From the human T2T-CHM13v2.0 reference genome, Homo sapiens, in NCBI RefSeq assembly GCF_009914755.1, contig NC_060935.1: 64,000 nt of DNA, one strand, 5' to 3'. The notes under the pieces are model-generated. The model had not been told where the DNA came from, did no database searches, and was given only the letters and a program-made list of their open reading frames with translations. The position numbers and the translations under genes were made by a program. This document shows, in pieces, positions 13,490-24,179 of this stretch; positions within the stretch are counted from its first letter, which is position 1, and each line of letters begins with the position of its first letter.

Positions 13490-13939
13490 AGCCCACTCTT
13501 AATAGCACCTGTGTTAATTTGGGTGCTGCAACGATGGGATTAGACACAGAAAACACTTATGGGTGAATGGCTGTGAAGGAAAACGAGGAAGAAAATGAAG
13601 GAGGCCAGGAGGCTTGTCAAACCCGGATGTACGTCAGATCACTCTGAAGGAGAAAGGGGAGAAAAGGAAGGGAAGAAGATCATAGACTGTATGGGAACCC
13701 TAGGACACTTTTGGCAGGGCAAACAGTGAATCCTTGGCCAGTCACACGTCTAAAAAGCCCTGCCTCCTCCAGAGCCAGACCCGCACGGGTTTCCTGCTGC
13801 GCTTACTTCTCGGCTAGAAGCAGCTGTGGACATCACGGCCTGGGCACAAGAGTGGTAACTGGGCTTCCAGACACAGCAGCTGGGATTGGCAACCCCCACC
13901 ATCCTTACCTGTGGCAAGAGATCTTCCATGCTTACCACA
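13490..13939 (-). mobile_element. Second LTR16-type ERVL LTR
   Basis: GATGGGATTAGACACAG..ATGGCTGTGAAGGAAAA..AAGGAAGGGAAGAAG..CAGCAGCTGGG..TACCACA matches the antisense LTR16C pattern. Confidence 0.55.
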
Positions 13940-14079
13940 GGTACCCACATGACAGGTTTATACAAGGACAAGAGCCTTTCTTCCCTCTTTCCCTGGAGTC
14001 TGTACAGTCATCTTTTGCATTTGGCTAGATTAGGTTAATTTTTACATTCTTTGGCACACATTTGGAATCCAATAATTCT

Positions 14080-15330
14080 GCCAACATTCATTGAGTACTT
14101 ACTAAGTGCCAAGTTGTGTGCTAAGCACTCACAGTGAAAAAGAGTTAAAATATGTTCCTGATCATATGGAGTTTGCAATCTAGCCGAAGGAAACAAACAT
14201 GTAAACAAAAAAGGACAAGGGGGTGTTAAATGCCTGTGACAATTTTTCAGGGCAGAGTGGAGGCAAGGGGAGAGGTGTTTCTCACATATGGTTTGTGGAG
14301 AAATGCCAAGAAAAGGCTTTATCACTGACAATACTGACACTGAGCAAAGTCTGGAAAGGTGAGCAGGCATTCCCTGAGCAGCTCAGCAGGGACGCCGTGG
14401 GCCTGAGGATTAGGGCGCAGTCTGAGGCACTGGGATGCCATGAACAACGTAGCACGCTGTGCACACTGCAAGTAATCGAGGAATTCCAGGAGGGAGGCAG
14501 TAAGATGCAAGACTGACCTCAAGGCCAGATGGTGGATGCAGATTATGTGGGCCTCACTAAAGGGCACGCATCTTATCTGGAGACTGGGAGGAATTACTGA
14601 CACTTCAAAGGCAACACCATGACCAAATTTGCATTGTTAAGACAAAGAAACAAAAACACCCTGATATTTGGGCAGAGGATGGATGATCAGGAAGAAGACA
14701 GATTCAGAAAGGCCATTCTGATAATTCAGGAGAGAAAAGGATGATGGTCTGCTACAGTCTGCATGGCAGTGGAGACAGAGATACAAAGGTGGATAGAAGA
14801 TGTAACGATGGAATGATCTGTTGGATTGGGGGCACACCAGAGTACATTTCAGCTGTGCTACCTGGGTGCATGGCAGTGCACAGACAGAAGTAGGGAGTGG
14901 GCACAGGGAGGAGGTCATTTTGGGGAATGCTGAGTTTAAAGAGCCTTTGGCTTATCAAATTTGAATTATCCATCCCATAGTCAGTTGGCTGAAAAAGCAT
15001 GAAAGATAAGAGTAAGGTCTGCACTAAATAGGAAAATGGCAATGCTTTCCAATTATTTAACAAATATCTGAGTGTCTTCTATGTGTCAAGCAGAGTGCTG
15101 GGTATGAAAGAAAAAGAGGGTGAGCAGGATACTCCAGCAGAAAAGAGAGGCTCAAGCAATTGCAACAACTGTGTATAAGTGCCCTGAGAGCAGAAGTCCT
15201 GGAGTCAGGGAAGCCTTCCAGAGGAAAGGTGCATTTAAGCCGAGACCTCAATGCTTATTGGAGTTAGCCAGGAGAAAGAGGAATTGGGAGAGAAATGGGG
15301 AAATGTTGCAGGCTCAGGGACTAGGAATGA
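14080..15330 (-). mobile_element. L2 LINE fragments (two 3' ends, at ~14080 and ~15055)
   Basis: CAACATTCATTGAGTACTTACTAAGTGCCAAGTTGTGTGCTAAGCAC and AACAAATATCTGAGTGTCTTCTATGTGTCAAGC. Confidence 0.75.
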
Positions 15331-15869
15331 TCAAGAGAATTGAGAGTGCACATATGATCTCTAGAGCATCTTCTCATCATCCATCATTCAGGGGTAAGGG
15401 AACCTGGTGGGGAGGGGAGAAGTGAGCCGTGTTTTTTGCCTGCAGGAGGATTCTGTGGGGGCAACTCCCCTCACCTCAAGGAAACTCTTTTTTCAATAGC
15501 TTCCCTTCCTGCCATCAACTCATTATCTCTGTACGTCACTCTTATTTAGTAGGGTTTGTGTGAACCTCAGATGGAATGAGCTCTGAAAGAGTTGCTTCCT
15601 CAGTGTGACAAAGCTCATGGGCCAAAGATCAAAGGACACTCAAGCAGCTGAGAGGCAAATGCACCATGTCCCTGGAGCTGCAATCCTCCACAGCCAGGGA
15701 TCTGCCTGGCAGGTGTACAATCTGTTCCTTCAAGGGGTGCACCTGGCATTGGCATAGCACCTGCGATCCACAAGCACTGTTCACATCCTCTGTCATCTCA
15801 GGAGAAAAAAAATGAGCCTCATCCTAAGCAGAAGAGGAATTTGGGTATTCTGGGTTCAAATCCCATGCT

Positions 15870-16098
15870 TTTTTTCACTACATTAGAGGAGGTAGTGAAG
15901 AGCGAGGCCTCTTGGGCCAGACAGCATTCAAGTCCTGGGTAAAATATCTGCTGCAGTCTGTTCCCTCATCAGTAAAACTAGATGAATAACAGTACCAAGA
16001 TCACAAGGTGGTTCTAAGTATTTAAAAGGTTAATAGAAGAAAGGTGCCCATACAAGAGGCTAGCATTTAGCAAGCGTTTAATTAAAGTAGCTTTAATA
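15870..16098 (+). mobile_element. MIR SINE
   Basis: GTCTGTTCCCTCATCAGTAAAACTAGATGAATAACAGTACC core. Confidence 0.65.
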
Positions 16099-16109
16099 AC
16101 CAGGAATGT

Positions 16110-16260
16110 GATTCGAATCTTTGGAGCCCTCAGAAACACACATCCTCAGGCACCATCCCCAGAAATCCTGATTAAATAGATCCTGATGCAGTTTAGGAAT
16201 CTGAATTTTTACAGAGCTCTCCCCAGGGATTTAAGTACTCATTCCAGGTGAAGGATTGCC
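16110..16260. mobile_element. MER5-type hAT-Charlie MITE
   Basis: CCCCAGAAATCCTGATTAAATAG..AGGAATCTGAATTTTTACAGAGCTCTCCCCAGGGATT. Confidence 0.6.
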
Positions 16261-17020
16261 ATTCTTCTCCAAAAAAAAAAAAAAAGATACAGGAGGTTGA
16301 GTTCAAAGAAACAACTTCCACCTGGAGATACAGACATTGTTTCATCAGAACTTACATCCAGTGGGATCATCTCAGATCTCATTTTTTTTTTTTGTTTAGG
16401 GTCAATAACTAAGTTCATGGGACACTATGAAGTGGGAGTTAGCTGACTGTGCTGGCCACTGTCTTCCCTTTCCTTGCCATTCTCCACATTTTCTCTGTTC
16501 TGAATGTAGAGTTTTATTTGGCAGCTCTGCAAGCAGCTCATGGTCAATGGAGAGTCCCAGCAGTGAGAGCCTTGCATGTGGAGGCTGAGGCTGCCCTCAG
16601 CTTCAACCTCCTTGCATCTACAATGAGATTGTGGAAGAGAAGGGTGGTGGCCCTGCTGAACAGGATTTCATAAGAGCTGTTTAGCCCAAAAGTATCTGGC
16701 CCGGCTTGGGGTTAGTGGCAAGGAAAAATAAAGGATAACCCTAGGGTATTCAACCAAACAACCACAGCTCATGAACACTTTACAGAAAGAGCCAGTGCTC
16801 TCAGGTAAGAAAAGTGAGGCCAGCTGATTCATTCATTTATTTAACCAATATTTGTAGAACACTGACCTTGTGAAAATGATTATACTGTCTTGGGAATAAA
16901 GAGGTGAAGAATAAAAATGTTTCTCCCTCCTGAAGCTTTCACACTAGAGAAAGAGAAGAAAATGTCTGTATTAATATTTTAGTGGCAATTGAGCTAATTT
17001 TTCTGAAGAAAAATGATAGA

Positions 17021-17447
17021 GTGTATGTCAATGAAAGTAATGCTAGCTGCTATAACAAATAACCCCCAGATCTCAATGGTTCAATCATGTACCATCCATC
17101 TAGTGTTCTTCAGTGGTCTTCTACACAGTAATTGCAAGGCCCACCCTCTTCTACTTTGTGGCTCAGTTATTTCCTAGGGCCCCCTCAGAATACTGTACAT
17201 TTACCTAGCCAATGGGAGAGAGAGAAAAAAAATTAATTGCAGGACCATGTGCATTCACCTAGCCAATGGGAGAGAGAGAGAAAAATTAATTGCAGGACCA
17301 TGTGCATTGTTTTTAGGGCCAGGGTTGAAATTAGTGTACTTGCTTCCTTCTGTATCCCATTGGCAAGAACTGAATCAAATCAAAAGAGAGGCTGAAAAAT
17401 CAAGAGTATCCCATGAATATGGATGAGTATCAACAGTTTCTGCCACA
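17021..17447 (-). mobile_element. Old MLT1 (K/L-like) solo LTR with an internal 54-bp tandem duplication
   Basis: GCTAGCTGCTATAACAAATAACCCCCAGATCTCAATGG..CCATTGGCAAGAAC..TCTGCCACA. Confidence 0.65.
17198..17308. repeat. Tandem duplication, 2 x ~54 bp
   Basis: CATT(T/C)ACCTAGCCAATGGG(AG)nAnTTAATTGCAGGACCATGTG occurs at 17198-17251 and 17252-17304. Confidence 0.95.
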
Positions 17448-18359
17448 AACATGTAAAGGTAAAATAAAAGTAGGGAGGTGAGACAGGGTGTTTCATATGA
17501 CTGGATGTGACTGAGCAAGTCTGACTGTGGAGAAAAAAATAAGAAAATGAATACACTCTTTCCAGATACCCTAACCTGCCTGAAAAAAATTACTTTCTCC
17601 TTCTTATTTTGATTGAGAAATAAGCCATTCATAAGCAGAACTTCCAGGACTTTTTGATAAACAGAAACCTCTTTCATCCCTAGGATAGAAAATTGTCAGT
17701 TATTAGTAATAGACCTTGGAAGCCAATAATATCCTTCTAAGACAGGCCCATTGTGATGCCAGCTGTCTGTGGGTGACTGCAGCATGCTTGAACACCCAAG
17801 GGTACTCCAATGGGGCCCAAGCATCTCTTTGGCTAAGTCTTGGAATTCCAGAGACAGTGATCAGGAATATCCAAATCTCTACCGGTCATATAAAGTGCCA
17901 TTTAAGGGAGCAAGAATTTCAGAGAAAGTAATCAGAGAAAAATAATGGAATGAAGGAGAATTAAGAGAAAAATCTTGAGGAAAAAAAGTTTTCCGCAGCT
18001 GGGCCCCAACTCTGAAAAGAAGTGAGGTCAAGAGGAAGCCAGCTAATTCTATAAGTTATACAAATACTGTTGGGTGCTGGGGTGGTTCCTATTCTGAATG
18101 AAGACAACAGATGTTGGCATTCAACAATTTTGAAGAAACTCCACTGCTGCCATGTTTCTTGTTACCACTTCAAAAATGAACCCAAATGCTGAAGTTGGAC
18201 ACACTGCTGCTGCTAAGTTCTAGCAGCAAAAGTATTTCCTAGGCGTCTGCCCATTTTACCTGCCCTGAGTAGGGATACCCTGAGAGGAGTGATGCTGCAG
18301 GCCTGTCCTTCCTTTATTACTTCCTCAGCCCATAGTCCAGGTCTTCCTAGTCTCTCAAA

Positions 18360-19165
18360 GACAACAATGGTAATGACCACAACAACAATCATGATGGTGG
18401 TGAGGATGGTGACAAGGATGGTGATGATGGTAATAGTGATGATGATCATGATGATAATGAAGAGGATAATGGTAATGATAACAATAGTGATGGTGATGAT
18501 GGTGACAAGAATGGCTGTGATGATGACCATGGGATAATGTTGGTGATGGTAATGATGATGAGGTGACAAAGATGGCAACAAGGACGGTAATGATAATGAT
18601 AATGATCATGATGGTGATGAAGATAGTGATGATGACGATGGTGATGATGATGATGTGATGATGATGATGGTGGTAATGGTAATGATAATGATGGTGAAGT
18701 GTTGATGGTGATGATGATGGTGGTAATGGTAATGATAGTGATGGTGAAGTGTTGATGGTGGTGATGATGGTGATGATGATGAGGAGGAGGATGCTAGCGA
18801 TTATGATAATAATGATGGTTGTGATGATGATGATAGTGGTGATGGTAATGATAATGATGGTGAAGTTGCTGATGACGGTGATGATGATGGTGATAAGAAT
18901 AATGGTAATAATAATGATGGTGGCGATGATGGTGATGATGAGGATGAGGATGATGGTAATGATGATGACAATGATGGTTGTGATGATAACAATGGTGATG
19001 ATGTTGGTGGTAATAGTAATGATAGTAATGGTGATAGTGTTGATGATGACAAGGATGATAGTAATGATAATGAGGGTGGTGATGATGGTGAGCGTGATGA
19101 TTATGATGGTGGTGATAATTGCGGTGGTGGTGGTGAAGATGATGACAGTAATGATAAGGTAATGT
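18360..19165. repeat. Degenerate (ATG/GTG/ATA)n trinucleotide array, ~800 bp
   Basis: Directly visible. It contains a 50-bp tandem duplication (18661-18710 / 18711-18760). Confidence 0.97.
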
Positions 19166-19395
19166 TTGTAGCTTGTCAGTACTCTTTGTCAGGCACCGTA
19201 CTACGCACTTATCATTTATCTCATTTCATCCTTCAAAGAGCCCAGTGACAGGTGCTACTATAATCTCCACTTTATACATAGGAAGAAATTAAAGCTCAGC
19301 AAGTAAGTAATATGCCCAAGGAACACTTAGCAGGTGGCAGAGTCTGGATTACAAAATTTGGGTCTTTCTGGCTCCAACCCCAGCTCTTCACCACT
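19160..19395 (-). mobile_element. MIR SINE whose 3' end abuts the (ATG)n array
   Basis: TGTCAGGCACCGTACT..ATCTCATTTCATCCTTCA..CTCCACTTTATACATAGGAAGAAATTAAAGCTCAG..TGCCCAAGGAACAC..GGTGGCAGAGTCTGGATT. Confidence 0.8.
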
Positions 19396-20546
19396 ACGTG
19401 AGACAGCTTCTGAGGTGGCTCCTCCTAGCCTCCTGGCCTCCCTTGCTCACTTGCTCAGGCCCTGGATCCCTGACCTCCATTATTGTGTCACTTTGGTGAT
19501 GGGTTCCAGGATCTTGGGACCAACAGAAGAGAGAGGGAAACAAAGTTCCCCATCCTCCAATCCCAATTTCTTAGGCAAAGGAGCAATCCTAAAAGTTGAC
19601 ACCCTTGGAAGACAGGAGGCTGACAGCCTATCTGCATTGGGACACAATTGTTCCTGCAGGGTTTATCAGCCACAGGGTGCCTGCAAGGAGATGTAAAACA
19701 TGGGGGTTTGTTTCTAGAGAGAAAGCTGCTGCTAAAAGGCTGTTAGATACTTTATCTGAAAGGCCCGGAGCAGGGATTTCTGGGACAAGGTCTACTGGGC
19801 CAAATCTATTCAGATAATCTCTTCAATATTCTCCCAGTCCCACACACCTAACTTCTTATCTTCTCAAACACTCTTCAGAGGCCCCCTTTTTGCCTTGATC
19901 CTCTCCTACAGTCCAGCTATAATATATGGACAGCTCTTAATGACAAAGTTACCTATACAGGTCATGAGATCCAGCCTTCTGATGCACATGGTGGGGGACT
20001 CAAGCTGCCTTGAGTCACTGAGAGTCATCCCTCAGCCCTGAAAGTTGGAGTGCAGAACTAGGATGAATCACAATTCTATCCAAGGTGACGCTGAAGTTGG
20101 AGAAAAGGGCAAGTTACTTTCCAGACCAAATATGTAATCATAAAGTATTAGGCCCAAGAAAATCTACAGAGGCTAAGGCAGCCCCCTACCTTGTCACTTA
20201 AAGGAATTGTGACTCAGAGTGAGTAAATGACTTTCCCAAGTTCACAGACATTCAATTTTACCTAAGCAACCTGCCCACTAGACTAAATCCAATTTGTCCT
20301 TCAGACTAAACTGAAGGGCCATGTCCTCTGCTTCTCCGACACCTCCAACCTCTGGCTAACTGAGATCCCTCCTCCATCGTATTGCACCACTCCATCATCA
20401 TGGATGTACTTACCAGTATCCTTCATGAATCCAACCTCCCTTTAACCAGGAACCATTCATTTTTCTCCTCCACTTTCCTTGCATCTGGACCTGAACCTGA
20501 TACTCAGTGAGAATTTTTTTTTAAAAACTGGTATCATTAAAACTTT

Positions 20547-20757
20547 TTTTTATTATTATACTTTAAGTTCTAGGGTACATGTGCACAACGTGCAGGTTTG
20601 TTACATACGTATACATGTGCCATATTGGTGTGCTGCACCCATTAACTCATCATTTACATTAGGTATATCTCCTAATGCTAATCCCTCACCCCTCCCCCAA
20701 CCCCATGACAGGCCCCGGTGTGTGATGTTCCCCTTCCTGTGTCCAAGTGTTCTCATT
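20547..20757 (-). mobile_element. 5'-truncated L1PA (about PA4-PA5) 3' end, ~210 bp
   Basis: TTATTATACTTTAAGTTCTAGGGTACATGTGCACAACGTGCAGG..., with TSD TCATTAAAACTTT at 20534-20546 and 20753-20765. Confidence 0.93.
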
Positions 20758-21269
20758 AAAACTTTCAAACCAGGTCTTCCAACTCCCCCTTCAATTTTCT
20801 CCCCAATATGATGAGGGGCCTGTCCACCCTGAGATAGAAATTTCATGTATCAGGGAGAGGAGATAGGGCCGGGGGTGTCCCCCTCATGCACTGGCTCACA
20901 CTGAGCCAAAGGCTGGTGTGGGAGAGGGGAAGATATTCAAATGTCCACATCTCCATTTTTAGCACTTTACTTAAAATGTGATTAAAATGGACTTTCTTGC
21001 TGGTGCCTCTGCTCTCTTCATCCTCTGGTGTCCAGCATCATCCAGGGAAGAGAGGATGTCCCTCTGGTGGAGCTGCAAGAACAGGGGTGTGGTTATCTGG
21101 TCACATCTCACCCCCATACTCAAGTATGTACAAGCTACTGTTCAAAGTAGAAAGAGAGCAGATTAGATCAGCAACTCTGAATTTCTTCTGCTACCATGTA
21201 GGAATATAAGGAAGGCCAACAGTCATTTTCAGAGCAGCTGGGCAGAGAAAGGATAGACACAGGGGAGGA

Positions 21270-21470
21270 CAGCTCACACCTGTCTGACACCTACTGTGTA
21301 CCATTTCCCGTCCAGTGTTTTCATATGTTATCTGAATAAATATTGGCAAGGTTTGGAGGTATTATCTCCATTCTATGAATAAGGAAATCAAGGTTAGTAA
21401 CTGGTCTGTGGACACACAGCCAATAAGTGGCTATGTCTCAGTTAGAACCCAGGACAGTCTGTTAACACTG
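21270..21470 (-). mobile_element. MIR SINE
   Basis: GAGGTATTATCTCCATTCTATGAATAAGGAAATCAAGG..GACACACAGCCAATAAGTGGC..AGAACCCAGG. Confidence 0.65.
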
Positions 21471-21691
21471 CCCTTGCTTTTTGCACAATTTTGTGCTGGA
21501 AACTGAAGACTTTCTCCATGCTTGTAGTCACCTAGTATTTCCATGCCTTCCTGTAGGTCACCCTCTGCACCACCAGCCTTATTCCTGCTCTTCTCACAAT
21601 CTCAAGAGAGCTGCTTTCTGCACAGGAGACTGAAAAGTTGCACACTTGACTATTTGGCAGCTTTGTTAGGACTCAGAAAAAAACATGTTAC

Positions 21692-22808
21692 CAGATGAGT
21701 AGGTTGCAAAAATTTTTTTCTGCCATTCTGTAGGTTGCCTGTTCACTCTGATGGTAGTTTCTTTTGCTGTGCAGAAGCTCTTTAGTTTAATTAGATCCCA
21801 TTTGTCAATTTTGGCTTCTGTTGCCATTGCTTTTGGTGTTTTAGACATGAAGTCCTTGCCCATGCCTATGTCCTGAATGGTATTGCCATCTGACAAAGGG
21901 CTAATATCCAGAATCAACAATGAACTCAAACAAATTTACAAGAAAAAAACAACTCCATCAAAAAGTGTGTGAAGGATATGAACAGACACTTCTCAAAAGA
22001 AGACATTTATGCAGCCAAAAAACACATGAAAAAATACTCGTCATCACTGGCCATCAGAGAAATGCAAATCAAAACCACAATGAGATACCATCTCACACCA
22101 GTTAGAATGGCAAACATTAAAAAGTCAGGTAACAACAGGTGCTCGAGAGGATGTGGAGAAATAGGAACACTTTTACATTGTTGGTGGGACTGTAAACTAG
22201 TTCAACCATTGTGGAAGTCAGTGTGGTGATTCCTCAGGGATCTTGAACTAGAAATACCATTTGACCCAGCCATGCTATTACTGGGTATATACCCAAAGGA
22301 TTATAAATCATGCTGCTGTAAAGACACAAGCACACGTATGTTTATTGCGGCACTACTCACAATAGCAAAGACTTGGAACCAACCCAAATGTCCAAAAATG
22401 ATAGACTGGATTAAGAAAATGTGGCACATATACACCATGGAATACTATGCAGCCACAAATAATGATGAGTTCACGTCCTTTGTAGGGACATGGATGAAGC
22501 TGGAAACCATCATTCTCAGCAAACTATGGCAAGGACAAAAAACCAAACACCACATGTTCTCACTCATAGGTGGGAATTGAACAATGAGAACACATGGACA
22601 CAGGAAGGGGAACATCACACACCACACACCGGGGACTGTTGTGGGGTGGGGGAAGGGATAGCATTAGGAGATATACCTAATGCTAAATGATGAGTTAATG
22701 GGTGCAGCACACCAACATGGCACATGTATACATATGTAACAAAGCTGCACGTTGTACACATGTACCCTAAAACTTAAAGCATAATAATAATAAAAATTTT
22801 AAAAAAAA
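21692..22808 (+). mobile_element. L1PA3-like LINE-1, 5'-truncated with a 5' inversion (21692-21887 antisense, 21887-22808 sense)
   Basis: ORF2 peptides appear on both strands: [35 protein letters not shown] on - and [29 protein letters not shown] on +. There is an L1PA 3' UTR, an A-tail and a TSD AGAAAAAA(A)C[A/G]TGTTACC at 21675-21692 and 22809-22825. Confidence 0.95.
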
Positions 22809-24179
22809 AGAAAAAACGTGTTACCTAAAACAGCAGCTTAACCTGGATGAGTATATGCAGAGGAAGAAGACAGAGGCACTGGCCCCAAGCCACCAAATCC
22901 AAGGTGGCCTTCTACCCCACCATCCTCATTCCATCGACTTCCCACAAAACAACCCTGGACCCTGACCACATACAGGGTAACAACATCAGAATTTCTTCTT
23001 TAGGAAAAAACATGCATTATGTTGTCTTTCCTCAGGATCATCTCATGATGCCTTTTATAGTCTTTGCACAAATCAGCTATTCCATGAGCTGGGCCAGGTA
23101 GGATGCTGTTGTGAGTGGCCTTCTTTCAGGATACACAGCAGAGTGTGTACATCCTCATTCTGGAGTGTGCACAGGATGACACTGAGTCTCCTGCATAAAG
23201 TTGCCAGAATAAAGTGTTTGGTGTGTGGCAATGCAGCTACGCTGGGGGCACTCAGGTATTACATGCTACGACTTTTAGATACAATTTGGAAGATCTGTTC
23301 ATGTTCCCAATGTCAAGTGGAAAGAATGGCCCAGGCAAGTGAGAAGACTTCCTTGGAGACAAACCTATCCTATGTGGAGCTGCAAGCCACCGTGGAGTTG
23401 TTCCAGCGTCGGCAGGTGTCAAGCTTACCTCCCCTTGCTTGGGTACTCTGTCACTTCACCACTGTCTAAAAAGCAGGTATACTGGGTTTCTATAAAAAGC
23501 AATGACTGTTTCACTCTATAGCCGTTTATGGCATTAAACTTGGGGCTCTTCCAAACCTGCACAAGATTCTCACTATGGCTCTAAACAGCAGCCAATGTAA
23601 CCATAGAACTAATGAGGGCTACAGCCCATAAGTCACGGGGGAGGTAGGCAGGTTTGGTAAGTTATGCACTCAGAGCAGTTCTATTATCCCAGTGCAACCC
23701 ATTACAGCATCATTAGCAAGAAAATAACATTCAAGGTATTAATACTTGTAATAATTCCACTAATAAACCTGTTTTCCAAGATGAAAAATCCCTCCATGGA
23801 TCATTTTAAAAGTGCTACTTGGCCAGAGTTTGCTGATGCCATGAATAAAGAATCCTAAATGCTTCTAGTCCTAAATATCCTACCCTGAGCCACACCCACC
23901 TGCAAAAGCTTTTCTTTTTTCCCACATGAATTTGTTGTCCTCCAGAAACCGAGTCTCCTTTAAGTTTACAGCTATTATTTTTGAAATTTCCCAAGTATAT
24001 ATAACCTTTTTCCATTTGAAACAACTTCATTAAAGAAGTAGATTTTGCTTAAGGGATATGGCTTTCAGATTTTCTTTAACAAAATCATCATCTTAGCTTA
24101 TGGTTTCAGGGAAGACAAATGATTATTTAGATTGAACTCTCAGGCACTGAGGGAGGACTCAGATCATATCGTACAGATA

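Noticed and set aside
18213-19162. ORFs rich in Met/Val/Ile, His or Ser (up to 137 aa)
   Set aside because: They are translations of the (ATG/GTG)n array, with no splice or domain evidence.
21666-22690. ORFs resembling reverse-transcriptase/zinc-knuckle proteins
   Set aside because: They are fragments of L1 ORF2 in a truncated, inverted and frameshifted L1PA, not a cellular gene.
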